A stretch of 64,000 nucleotides of DNA, from NCBI GenBank assembly GCA_965603825.1, contig CBFDEM010000002.1, positions 744,001-808,000 of the forward strand. Reading direction: 5' to 3'. The translations under genes were made by a program, and so were the position numbers. Within the stretch, counting starts at the first letter, position 1; each line of letters starts with the position of its first letter. A model generated the notes under the pieces. That model was not told where the DNA came from, searched no databases, and saw nothing but the letters and a program-made list of their open reading frames with translations. Shown one piece after another: positions 39,244-50,212 of the stretch. The stretch comes from Blepharisma stoltei ATCC 30299. Lineage: Eukaryota > Protista > Ciliophora.

Positions 39244-41638
39244 TTAAGTACTTTTACTTCGGGTCTGTAATTTCAAAATAAAATACGAAATAAGCCTAAC
39301 ACAAGCGCTGATCACCAGTATACCAATGATGCCTTGCCATAGCTCATCAGACCATCCCAAGTCTCCGATAGGATCGCATTCTGTTTCACAATCTTTTTCC
39401 CAATCCGTATACTCGTTAACAGTAAATGCTTGAAAAGTCCATTTAAAAGGCTAAATAATTTTTACAGTAATATACGTAACCCATCTCCAAGCCAGCGGAA
39501 TTGAATCGATTTTTACATTTTCTCCTCCAAATTCAGTGAGAGGGAAGAGAACTACTGTACTAAATGCATGAGCTGCTTCAACAGTAGAAAACATGAAGCC
39601 AGTTGCATAGCCAAAGCCCATACCCATTTGAAGTGATAAAACATATATAAAATCTGCATAAAAATTACAGAAAATCACGAATTTTGATCCGTCATAAAGG
39701 TTGAGATCCAAGCTGAAATATGATACAACTCCAGTGAGTATCCCAGCAATAAAAGTTCAAGGTATGTCAACAATATTCTTAGCTAAGAAATACGACCATG
39801 CCCCATATAGCCCTTCATCACTTTCTTTCAAAATAACAGCCCTCTCCATATGATCTAAATAACCATTACAGTTCAATACAACCGAGCTATTCCCACTCAT
39901 CACTGACCATATAGAAAGCATATAAAGAACCCCATTGATATTTTGTATAGCTTCTTGCCCATTTCCTAAGTCATTGAAAATAATAGCTAATAGGACTCCT
40001 ATCACTAAAGCCATTAAAAACCTAAGCCTTAGCGCATATCTGTTTTTCGCTGCTGTTTTGGCTGATCTTTTGAGTAATTCCAAAAACTCTACCCAGTAAC
40101 TTGGGTGGTAACTCTCTATTTCTTGTAGCTGAGAAAGCTCATATTTTGTCTCTGTTTCTTTGACGTAATTTTCTCTATAATTTTGTGTAAATAAGTCTAG
40201 CTTATTTTGCTCCTCTTCTGTAATTTCGTGCCTGTTTGTTATATGGAGCATTCTCATATAGTAATCGGCTGGATTTACTTGTCTTGGACATTTATATCCG
40301 AGCTCTGCAAAATATTTTCTTGATTTGTCGCATGGGCCATGGTAGACTACGTTTCCTTCAGAAAGAAGCATTAATTTATCGAATTTTTTGAAAACATTGG
40401 AACTTGGTTGGTGAATTGTGGAAATAATTGTTCTGCCTTTAGCTGCTTGTTTTAATAGTAGATCGACTACTATTCCTGCGTTATAACTGTCTAGGCCTGA
40501 AGTTGGCTCATCTAGCGTAATAATGCAAGGATCTGACATTAATTCAATTCCTATACTAACCCTTTTTTTTCTCCACCAGAGATTCCTTTGATTATTGTAT
40601 TACCAATAATATTCATTAAAACGGTGTCTTGAGTCAATATATCCTCATAATACCTTTGTTGTACACCTGCAATAGAACTATGAGATCTTGATAAGGAAAA
40701 CAGAGCTCGAAAAATCCGGGCTAATTTAGCGGCACAGAGAGGCTATCCTTTCTCTCACCCAGATCGTCTTTTATTAGGTGAGTTAAACTTGGGAGGCTCA
40801 GCAATACCTAGGACATCTCACTAGACCAATTAGACAGCTTCCTATTGTGATACCAGCATTTTGTCTTAGGCTTTGAGTTTCTGATTTGGCCTCAAAATGA
40901 GAAGGAATTTAAATTTCTAAGTCACCCTGAATAGACGTTTTTTATGTTGACCTTTCTAATTCCAGATAATAAGAGAAGATCTTTGTTAGAAGTAGCGACA
41001 AGTGCAGGACTGTGTGCAGAACTGGTTGAAAAGCGATCAGCGTTAATAGAAGCGTGGCCTACACTATAATTAATTAATGCTAATGCATTTCCAATTAAAT
41101 TGTCTGCTATTTTTGCTATGTTTAGATCGCTAAGAATCTCTTCTACTTTTGCTAATCTTTCTTTAGCATTTCCAGGACATCTCAAAGCTGCATAGAACAT
41201 TAAGCAGTCCCTTGGGGTTAGAACTGGTAATAAAATATCATCTTGAGTCACATAAGCTGCATATTTACTTATGCTGATCTCTTTTGTGTCTTTTCCATTA
41301 GCTGTAATCGTCCCAGTTCTTTCTGTCTGGCCTGCACTTGTTACCCTATTTGCCAAAATATTCAAAAGCGAGGTCTTCCCTGACCCAGATGAGCCCATAA
41401 TCGCTAAAAACTCCCCAGGATTTGCATGCCCAGACACGCTTTTCAAAATCTGTATAGTTTTCCCTTTAGTAGACGCATAATAATTTATATTTTCCCATGA
41501 TAGTTTCACATATCTGCCAATGTGATCTTCAGCTTTTAAAGGAGTTTTTAGGCTCTGCTCACTATTTTGACTATCAGAATTCACATATTCTCTTGGAGTC
41601 TCTTCACTATCTCTTGAATAAATTTTATTATCAATCAT
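39244..41638 (-). pseudogene. ABCG copy 5 interrupted by a 488-bp insert, with A8 instead of A9 at 40563-40570; introns 39451-39465, 39654-39668, 39855-39869
   Basis: NLIGNAL|IKGISGGE split by the insert; otherwise complete motifs. Confidence 0.8.
40593..41082 (+). mobile_element. Insert C: decayed non-LTR-like fragment with TAATTAATTAAT tail and diverged 21-bp target duplication
   Basis: Plus-frame RARKIRANLAAQRGYPFSHPDRLLLGELNLGGSAIP resembles the post-RT 'G.P...P...L......GGLG.P' motif; 40593-40613 versus 41081-41101 match 16/21. Confidence 0.7.
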
Positions 41639-42199
41639 TATAATGCCATTTTGAATAGTGGCTGGTCCTTTTATACATGTGAGTACGTCATAAGAAATTT
41701 GTTTACGTCATAGAATATTTTTGTCATATCTTTGGGGAAATAATAATTGATATAACTCTTATATAAGTGCTAGGCACTGGGGATCTTTAATTTATTGTGT
41801 TCTATGGGGTTGCTTATTACTAGCATTAAATTCTTATGGGTAAATAAGGTGTTTATAATGTTAAATTCCTATATAAGACTATGGGCTATACTAAGCGTGC
41901 CTTATATGGATTTTATGCTAGAAAAGACCTTTATAGTTATGTATTCATATATAGTGTTTTTGAAATTTTTAGTGCACATCAATTAGATTTTGACACTTAT
42001 AAAACAATCAATAATAAAAGCATAATAAATTTTAAATCTTATTCAGTCGCTTAATAAAGCCTTTTTAAGTATCTATAGCCTCTTATGAAAGTTTTTAAAA
42101 AAAGATGATACGATTAAGCATCATCTTAAAAATGGATTTTCTTTTGTCTTAAAATTCGAGACTGTTCTATTAAAATTTCAGTTTTTTAAATCATCCCAA

Positions 42200-43498
42200 A
42201 TGGCCCTCAGACCATTTCAAGCTTCTTATTACTCAAATTCCGGTTTCTTAAACCAGCCCAGAAACAACGCAAACCTCCCTCCTGCAGGCCTTATTATCTC
42301 AATCCCAGACGAAGGTGCCGAATCCTGCATAAAGCCCTCCCCTCCCCGTACCTCAACTCCCCCAAATATAAAAAAATTCCGAATAAGCTTCAATGAAGAG
42401 CCTGGTGCTAAACAAATTCACTATGGAATTGCTGATGATCCTCTCCCTCCAACAAATTTCACATATGGCAAAAAAACCCACAGCTCTGACCACGTCCATG
42501 ACGTAATTAAGCCAAATACTCTCCAAGGCCTCACAGAATTTGCTAATAAATTAAAAGAAGACAAATATGCTTCAAGCAAAAGAGAACCGTTAGGAAAATC
42601 TATGCTGAGAAATTATCAAATGCCAAGCGCTGTAAATGACCCTAATTTTAAATTTGGGGTAAAAACAGTTAACAGTGAAAGTGCTTATTCAGTGATTTTT
42701 CCAAATAATGAGAAAAATACTGAAAATGATGAGGTGAGGAGGCTATATTATAAGTCTCATGGGGTAACTGAAGCGGGGGAGCAGATAAAAAGGGATTATA
42801 GATGGCCAGTTGATAAATATGAGCATAGATTTGGCCTTCCTGACCCTAAGCAGCTTAATGGGGCTGCAATTTCATTGCAGCCTGAATGCTATGGGAGTTC
42901 TCACCCGAAAACTGTCATTGTACAGAAAGCCGTAGAAGATTTTAGGGCAACCACACATGAAGGACTTGGAAGACCTCGAAACTTAGGCCAAGGAAAGCCG
43001 AATCTGCCTGAAGACCATGCTTTTGGGGCTTCAATTCATAGAAGAAATGAATGGACTGCTAAACAATGTATACATGGGCAGCCTAATGAAAGAGAAGTAC
43101 AGCCTGATCCAGATTTAGGGAAAACTAATAGGTTTGGGTTTCGAAATATTGTAAAGGAAGGAGATGAAGACAGACAATTTGGCGTCCCTACAATCAGGAA
43201 TGATATACCTAAAAAAGCATTTAAATCAGTAGCAGACCCAAATAATTATGGAGACGAAGCTTCAGCTGTGCAGCTGCTTTACCCTGATTTTTGGCTTCGA
43301 TATGGGATCTCTCCAGATGAATTCAAAAGAGAAAGGCCTAAAGAAGAAATCAAAGACTTATTCGAATCTGCTGGTCTAGAAATAAAACGTGGGAAATTTG
43401 AAGCAGTCTCTTCAAAAGCAATCCAATTTTATAAATCTCTGTCTTTAGAATCCTTTATACACGCTTTAAGGTGGTATGAGTCTCAAGGACTATTTTAA
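42200..43498 (+). CDS. EFHB: EFHB/CFAP21-like ciliary microtubule inner protein
   Basis: Y.S.KREPLGKS, FG-repeat blocks, FGVPTIR.DIP...SVAD..NYGDE. Confidence 0.75.
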   Translation: MALRPFQASYYSNSGFLNQPRNNANLPPAGLIISIPDEGAESCIKPSPPRTSTPPNIKKFRISFNEEPGAKQIHYGIADDPLPPTNFTYGKKTHSSDHVHDVIKPNTLQGLTEFANKLKEDKYASSKREPLGKSMLRNYQMPSAVNDPNFKFGVKTVNSESAYSVIFPNNEKNTENDEVRRLYYKSHGVTEAGEQIKRDYRWPVDKYEHRFGLPDPKQLNGAAISLQPECYGSSHPKTVIVQKAVEDFRATTHEGLGRPRNLGQGKPNLPEDHAFGASIHRRNEWTAKQCIHGQPNEREVQPDPDLGKTNRFGFRNIVKEGDEDRQFGVPTIRNDIPKKAFKSVADPNNYGDEASAVQLLYPDFWLRYGISPDEFKRERPKEEIKDLFESAGLEIKRGKFEAVSSKAIQFYKSLSLESFIHALRWYESQGLF

Positions 43499-43522
43499 CT
43501 ATTATAAGTTTCTATTATAAAA

Positions 43523-44224
43523 ATGTCATATGATACTGCTATCACTATATTTTCGCCCGATGGACATCTATTTCAAGTAGAATACGCAATGGAAGCAGTC
43601 CGCAAAGGCCGCTGTGCAGTTGGTGTTCAAGGGGTAGACTGCATAGTCCTCGCAGTTGAAAGAAAAGCTGCAGCAAAACTTCAAGACACCAGGACAGTCA
43701 AAAAAATCCACATTCTTGATGAAGGAATTGCATTAGCGTTCGCAGGACTTACAGCAGACGCCAGAGTCCTATGTGACAAAGCCAGGGTAGAATGCCAAAG
43801 TTTCAGACTTACAATGGAAGACCCACCCTCAGCGGAATATATTGCAAGACATATAGCAAGGACACAACAAGAATACACCCAAAAAGGAGGAGTCAGGCCT
43901 TATGGAGTTTCCACTTTAGTCGTAGGATTTGGAAGGGCTGGAGAGCCTAAACTATTTATGACTGAGCCATCTGGAAGCTTTAGTGCTTGGAAAGCTCAAG
44001 CGATTGGGAAAAATTCGAAAAATGTGGTGGAATTTTTAGAGAAAAATTACCAGGAAAATTTGTCAATGGATTTAACGTTAAAATTAGCTATTAAAGGACT
44101 ACTGGAGGTGGTAGAAAGCGGAAGCAGGAATATTGAGGTAGCAGTAATGCAAAGGGCAGGGCTACAGATGTTGGAGGACGAAGTGGTGCAGAAATTGATA
44201 TCAGAAATTGAAGCTGAAGCTTAA
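43523..44224 (+). CDS. PSMA7: 20S proteasome subunit alpha-4 (alpha type-7)
   Basis: [26 protein letters not shown]; [13 protein letters not shown]. Confidence 0.96.
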   Translation: MSYDTAITIFSPDGHLFQVEYAMEAVRKGRCAVGVQGVDCIVLAVERKAAAKLQDTRTVKKIHILDEGIALAFAGLTADARVLCDKARVECQSFRLTMEDPPSAEYIARHIARTQQEYTQKGGVRPYGVSTLVVGFGRAGEPKLFMTEPSGSFSAWKAQAIGKNSKNVVEFLEKNYQENLSMDLTLKLAIKGLLEVVESGSRNIEVAVMQRAGLQMLEDEVVQKLISEIEAEA

Positions 44225-44250
44225 TAAGTTAGGATTATTCGAAAATTTTA

Positions 44251-45282
44251 TTACAAGAATTTAGAATTCATGTAGTTGCTGATTATTTCATTTTGGAATT
44301 TTTTAGGGAGGATATCGCCTTTGTACTTCCAGACTCGCTTGCTGCGGAGTTTGCAGCCGACAAAATAAGAAGTATCTCATCGGTCCTTTTTTAGTTTTTC
44401 TAGTGATTTTGTATCATATAAATTTTTCATAGCTTCTTTTCTCATAGCTTTTTCTCTATTTATATGCTCACTTATAGGCAGCTGTTCTAGCTCATTTTCT
44501 AATGAAGACTCTTCATATTTATTTATCGCCTTCACAAGTATTTTTACCTCTTCATTCGGTTTTAGTCCTTTTGATGACGATTTTGGGACTTTTGGAGTCT
44601 CAAAATGATTAAATTCTAAGCAAGAAGAAATAATTTCATTTATATGGACAAGCTGAGGAGATGAACAATTTGTGTTAGGATTCGAAGCATTTGCTGCTGT
44701 TATATGTTTTGGGGATGACTTGCTTTCAGATATCATAAAATACCTTTGCTTTAGGTGTGAAGATGACCGATATTTATTCGGAGATTCTCGAGACCTAACT
44801 GGACTTATTGATCGTGAATCTGGTCAAGGCGACAACCCACCTGGCTGATGTGGGCTACATGTTAGTACAGAATCATTCATGTTCCTTATTTCATTTCTAT
44901 TCGCAATCGTAGATTGCGACCTATCAGTCAGCCCTCTATAAACTTTTTTTAAATATCTCGGCGATTTTAAATATTTACTCTGCGTAACAAACTCTTTTCA
45001 AATTTTTTCTCTTTTCTGCGACTGCGATTTTACTGTTTTTGACCGAATTTTAAATTTCTCCTTCGGAGAAATTTCTTTTAACGAACAATGTAATTTTGCT
45101 ATTAAATCTTCTCGTTCTTTGTCAAAGCTTTTTTGCATAAGATTCATTTCTTCGACAGCGCGATCGTAATTTCTAGGTGGGCAATGCAGCTTTCGTTGGC
45201 TGGCTCCTCTTAGTTCTAGTCTTTTTCTTAAACTGTTCATAATCTTTTCATGTGATTTTTCGTTTATCACTGGCAGATCCAT
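44251..45282 (-). CDS. Hypothetical protein, 343 aa
   Basis: Two track ORFs joined through TGA codons to TAA at 44251; S/P/R-rich. Confidence 0.7.
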
Positions 45283-45286
45283 AATA

Positions 45287-45640
45287 TTAATTATCTTTTG
45301 ATATTATATAAACTCCAATTATCATCAGCAAAGCTCCTAAACCCCATGTAAGAGACAGGTATTCTGAGTAGACCAGGTAGCCGAAAACAGCAGAACTCAT
45401 ATAATTGCAGGTAAAATTGATGACAGTCGCTTTTGAAGCGCCAAGGTCTTTTAAGCTCTGCATGAAAAATTTGATCATCAAAGAGTTTAATACCAGCATA
45501 ATGATTATGCAAGCTATTTTTAAGGACAATTCTTCATAGTATAAAAACTCGCCCCAGTAAAATGACTGAAACCCAAATTTCCCAAACGCTCCAGCTGTGG
45601 CTGCAAACACTCCTGCTAAGATGCTTGAAGTAATTTTCAT
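45287..45640 (-). CDS. TMEM42-like small DMT/EamA-superfamily membrane protein
   Basis: AGVFAATAGAFGK, four TM segments, G.L.YSE.LS..W..G. Confidence 0.8.
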   Translation of the reverse strand: MKITSSILAGVFAATAGAFGKFGFQSFYWGEFLYYEELSLKIACIIIMLVLNSLMIKFFMQSLKDLGASKATVINFTCNYMSSAVFGYLVYSEYLSLTWGLGALLMIIGVYIISKDN

Positions 45641-45742
45641 TTATAGCATAGATAAATTGTCATGAAAATATTTTTTCTATATAATAAAAAATCTGGTGTT
45701 GTAAATAATTTAATATTAGATATAGATATTCCAATGCGAAAA

Positions 45743-46558
45743 TTAAAAGCTGTCACTATCGTTTTCTTCTTCTGCTTCATATGCTTCTTCTTCGTTTTCT
45801 TCTTCGCTTTCTTCTTCGCTTTCTTCTTCATTTTCTTCTTCCTCTTCACTGCTTGAGTACGCAACCATTGTTTTTCTGCCTTTAAACCACACTTCTTTCA
45901 TTTTCTTTTCCTTTTTCACCCCTTCTATTTTCGGTATTTCAATTTCCTCAATTTTTCCATTAACTTTTGGCTTAGGGACATCTTCATCAGGTATTACTTT
46001 TATATCATCAAAATTTGGTATTGGCACTCCTGGTGCGACTTCTTTTCATTCTTCTTCCTCTTCATTTCCTTTAGCTTGAAACAAAAAATTCCCATCCCCA
46101 AGCGACACTTGGAAATGCATGACCCCTTCATCTAAATTTTCTTCATTAAAATCCATATCAGGCAAAAACTCTTTAACTCTAGTCCTTATTTTAGTAAAAG
46201 TGTCTTTTAATGAGTGCTTTAGAATGCAAAATCCACTAGGTGTTATCTCTTCTCCTGTAATTGAAATTGATTTTTGGACTGTAAAATCGACATTTGAAGT
46301 GTCAAGATAATTCTTATTTTCACGATTTGTAGATAATAATTCTGTTGCTGTCATTTCTTCAATGGTAGATTTAATTAAATTTTGGGGAATTTTGATTTCT
46401 GCTTTTGCGGGAACTAATTTATTTTGACGTGAACAGTGAATGTGGGTTCATCTCTTGCGGAGTTCGTCTTGAGACTTTCCAAGCTCTCTAGCGATTTTTT
46501 GGAAGTCAAATTTATATTTTATAACTAAATCTGATAGCCTTTTGTCTAGCGCCTCCAT
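45743..46558 (-). CDS. Protein with N-terminal Myb/SANT-like motif and acidic tail, 271 aa
   Basis: LDKRLSDLVIKYKFDFQKIARELGKSQDELRKRW(TGA); joins two track ORFs; poly-E C-terminus. Confidence 0.7.
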
Positions 46559-46572
46559 GAATTAATTTATAA

Positions 46573-48330
46573 TTATTTTTTAGGCTTTACCACAGTTTTT
46601 TTACGAGATTTTTTGTGGTTTTTAGATCTTTTAGGAGGGTCATAAAAAATTTCAGCTGATAAATCTACAGAAAACTCAACACCTTCGGTTGGCTGAGTTG
46701 CTGCGATTTCGTTTTCTGTTGTTTCTTCTTTGTCTTCTTCAAAATCATTTACAGGTTTAGCAAGATTATTAATTGGGTCTTTTTTAAGCCTGGTATCACC
46801 TTTCCCAAGAATTTTTTTTTCTGCTGAAATTATTCTTTCCCATTGAAGTCTAGATTTTTCAGCTTTTTCAACTAAACTTTTCATAGTGGCTTTATCAGTA
46901 TAAAGCTTCAGTATAGGTTTGGGAGGAAGCTTATCTTGTAAATAAATTTTTTTGCCTGTAATTCATTCTTCCATATCCCTTTCAATTACACTCGATAAAA
47001 ATTCTTTAGTTATTTTATCGACTTTTTGGTGATAGCTTTTGGACTCCGAAGCATACATAATTAAATGATTTCTTAAAAATTCCTTTATAAAATGATTCCT
47101 TACTAAAGGAGGCACCCATGACCTTGTCCCTCCATGAACTTGTATATATTTCGTATGCAGTTCTTTTTCAATTCTTTGCCACAATTTTTTAAGTGCTTTT
47201 AATTTTGCTTTTCTTATTATATAGGCATCTTTTCATATTTTTTGTACTAATTTTATTTTTCCTCTCCAATAAAATATTAAGCTGAAAATTTTTTTACTAA
47301 ACATCATCCTATCAATAATTTCACAGACCATTTTGGCTTCTCTATGGCCTTTGTTCTGGGTGCGATTTCTTATATAAGGAACAAGCAATCTCTTTATGGT
47401 TTCCATTGCTTTTTGTATTTTTTGGGTTTTCATGCGTCTAGAGATTCTTCCTATAGACTTAGAGACGGTTCGAAATAAAGAGTTTAGCCTTGTTTTATTT
47501 TTTTGTGTTTTTATTTTTTTTGAAAATCTGCACTGCAGAGATGTACAAATCCCTATTGATACTGCAATAACAAGCCAAGCCTTCCCTATTATATCATAGT
47601 CTTTTTTATACTTAAATTGCTCAAATCTTTTTTGTTTTTCTAAATATTTATTCTTAATTTCTTCATGTTTTTTCTCATCTAAAAATTTTTTGACTTTTCG
47701 TATCTGATATTCCCTTTCTTTTTTTTCTTTAAATTTATCTGATAAAAGATTTTTGAATTCTTCTGGGGTGAATTTTGAGAGGTTTTTGTTTTTTTTGATT
47801 AATTTGTTTATTTGGACTCTTCTAGACTCACTAAGATAGAGAGATTTTGGGTACAAGACGTCGGCTCTTTCTTCGTCAGTAGAAGTAAATCTTGGTGTAG
47901 GGGAAAATCTGAAAGATGGGCCAGATGTTGGAGTATTTGAAACATAGCTTCCTGGTCCCAATTTTTTTTCATGGCATAATCCTTCGCTGAGGACTCTTAA
48001 TTTTTGATTATTGTTCCCAACAGCTGGATTTTTAAGTTGAGCTTTCAGATTGTGCCATTCTGGGGTTTTTGTGCTTAGATAGTTAATAACGCTGTCAAGA
48101 TCTTTAAAGGTTTTTGGCTTGAAGTCTTTGGAGTTATTTTTTCGTGTATGCTTTTCTTTCCTTCTTAGAAGACTCATTTGGCGATGATGGAATAATGTAG
48201 GAGTTCTTGATTTCGGCCTAGCTATTTCAGGAGTATCTAGCCCAGTTTCGCTATCTCCAAAGCTTGTGTATATTTTTTCATCAAAGCTATAATCAATTCG
48301 GCTTAAATTGAATTTTCTATCTTCAAGCAT
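46573..48330 (-). CDS. Basic coiled-coil protein with GPGSY (STPG-like) motif, 585 aa
   Basis: Three in-frame ORFs joined by TGA at 47233 and 46963. Confidence 0.7.
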
Positions 48331-48462
48331 TTTTCATAATTAAATATTCATTTTTCTTATTATATTTCCAATACAAAAATTTACCATCTCTAGAAAATTA
48401 CAGTAAACTTAATTCTTAATTCTCAATACTCCAAAATGTTATCCAATCCAATAACATAAATA

Positions 48463-49824
48463 ATGGCAGTCTCAAGAGACAGGTTGATGGCTTATTCAAT
48501 AGTCTTTAACGTCCATCCCGAAGCATATTCCAGTCTTTCTATCTATATGAAGCCAAATGTCCATCAAATAGAAGCTGCAGGCTCCATAGGCCGTGGACAA
48601 TCTGATATCTACACCTCATTTATGGTAAGCAATCTTGACGAGCAGCGCAGAAGAATTGCAGAAGACCCAATTCCAATATATCGCACCTTATTTTCTCTAT
48701 TAGACTGTACAAGTGACGATGAAATTTTTGCACAAAGTCTTTTGGCGACAATTGATGGAATCATCCAAGATGACAGTCGACAAGTTTTAAGCCTAATTCA
48801 GCTGGCGACAGGCAGGGAGACCTTTAATGTTATCAATTTATTGGTGAGATTTGCAAGTACTTATAAAACAATTCCTATTATTGTAGGGGCTGCTAGTCAT
48901 ATTCTTTCCACAATACTAGGAGAACTTATATTAAGAAATCGTGAAAACCCTGGAGACTATGTAACTCAAGCTTCAAGACTGGTGGATTCTTTAATAAACC
49001 AAGGCATGGAAAGCACTTTACCTTTAGAAGAAGCCACTTATTGTTTTTTACCTCTTTTTAAGATTGATGCAGTTAGAAGAGAATTTTTAAGGACAGGCGG
49101 CTTAAGGACTATTCTTGTTCCTTTGCTTGACCAAAAATCAGGGATCCATCAGCCTATTTATGCAGCGATTTGTTGCTTATGGATGATCTCTTTTGATGAA
49201 GACTCTTATGAGTTTTTTATAAGAAGTGACTATAATTTAATTGGAAAAATCATAAAAGAGCTTAGAAGAACAGATAAAGAAAAAGTCATCAGAGTTGCCT
49301 TAGGCATTTTAAAAAATTTATCAGCTGGTGAAGGGACTGTAGAAATTATGATTGAAAATAAGCTAGTCGAAATAATAGATAATTTATCAAAAAGAATATT
49401 AAAAGATCCAGATGTTACAGAATTAGTCAAGGATCTTGGAGACATTTTAGTCAGCAATGTAAAGCTATTTTCATCGTTTGATAAATGGCTTAAAGAAGTA
49501 GAAAGAGGAGACTTAGTGCCTGGAGTAACCCACACTGAAGCTTTTTGGAAGGAAAATGCAAAACATTTGGAAAATGACAGTTTTGGGCCGGTGAAAAAAC
49601 TTGTCCAGCTGCTGAATTCAGAAAGTGTACAGACTGTAGCTTTGGCACTTGCAGATATTGGAGAGTTTGCGAGATTCCATCCATATGGAAAAACAGTTGC
49701 TAGCAAGTTAGGAGCAAAAATCAAGGCGATGGAGCTGATGCAAAATCCTAATAAAGATGTGAATGGAGCAGCTTTGCTTTGTATCCAGAAAATTATGATA
49801 CAGAATTGGCAAAGCATTTCGTAA
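48463..49824 (+). CDS. ATP6V1H: V-type ATPase V1 subunit H
   Basis: KEKVIRV, SSFDKW..EV..G.L...TH...FWKENA, LA..DIGEF.R..P.G, AL...QK.M. Confidence 0.93.
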   Translation: MAVSRDRLMAYSIVFNVHPEAYSSLSIYMKPNVHQIEAAGSIGRGQSDIYTSFMVSNLDEQRRRIAEDPIPIYRTLFSLLDCTSDDEIFAQSLLATIDGIIQDDSRQVLSLIQLATGRETFNVINLLVRFASTYKTIPIIVGAASHILSTILGELILRNRENPGDYVTQASRLVDSLINQGMESTLPLEEATYCFLPLFKIDAVRREFLRTGGLRTILVPLLDQKSGIHQPIYAAICCLWMISFDEDSYEFFIRSDYNLIGKIIKELRRTDKEKVIRVALGILKNLSAGEGTVEIMIENKLVEIIDNLSKRILKDPDVTELVKDLGDILVSNVKLFSSFDKWLKEVERGDLVPGVTHTEAFWKENAKHLENDSFGPVKKLVQLLNSESVQTVALALADIGEFARFHPYGKTVASKLGAKIKAMELMQNPNKDVNGAALLCIQKIMIQNWQSIS

Positions 49825-50212
49825 AAAAATAGATTAATAGACTTTAATTAAATAGAGAAATTGTTATCATTACTCTGTCCATTAGATAATATTTTGAAAT
49901 AAAATTTAAGACTTTTTAATAAAATTTTTATAAAATTTATTTCATCATTTACTCAAATTTCTTTTAATTAAAACTGTTTAATGATTTATTTTACAAATAA
50001 ATACTTATGGGGTGGCATTGCTTTGGCTTCAAAGCATTCAGTATCTCTAATCTCCTTCTCTATAAAAATGACGAATAATTGAATTTTAATTGCTTATAAA
50101 TTTAATAAATTTATTATAAACCGGATTTGGGTCTCTGATGAAAAATTTACATTTATAAGCCTAATAATACAGATAAATAAGGCTAGCTAAATCTAGTTAA
50201 AGGTATATAAAG

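Noticed and set aside
21060-40570. Programmed frameshifting at the -1 sites (about 21085, 37460, 40565)
   Set aside because: Each is private to one paralog and lies in a short base run; assembly error or decay is simpler
45637-45864. Lys-rich and Phe-rich ORFs / GAA repeat as separate features
   Set aside because: Alternate frames of the poly-Glu tail of the 45743-46558 gene
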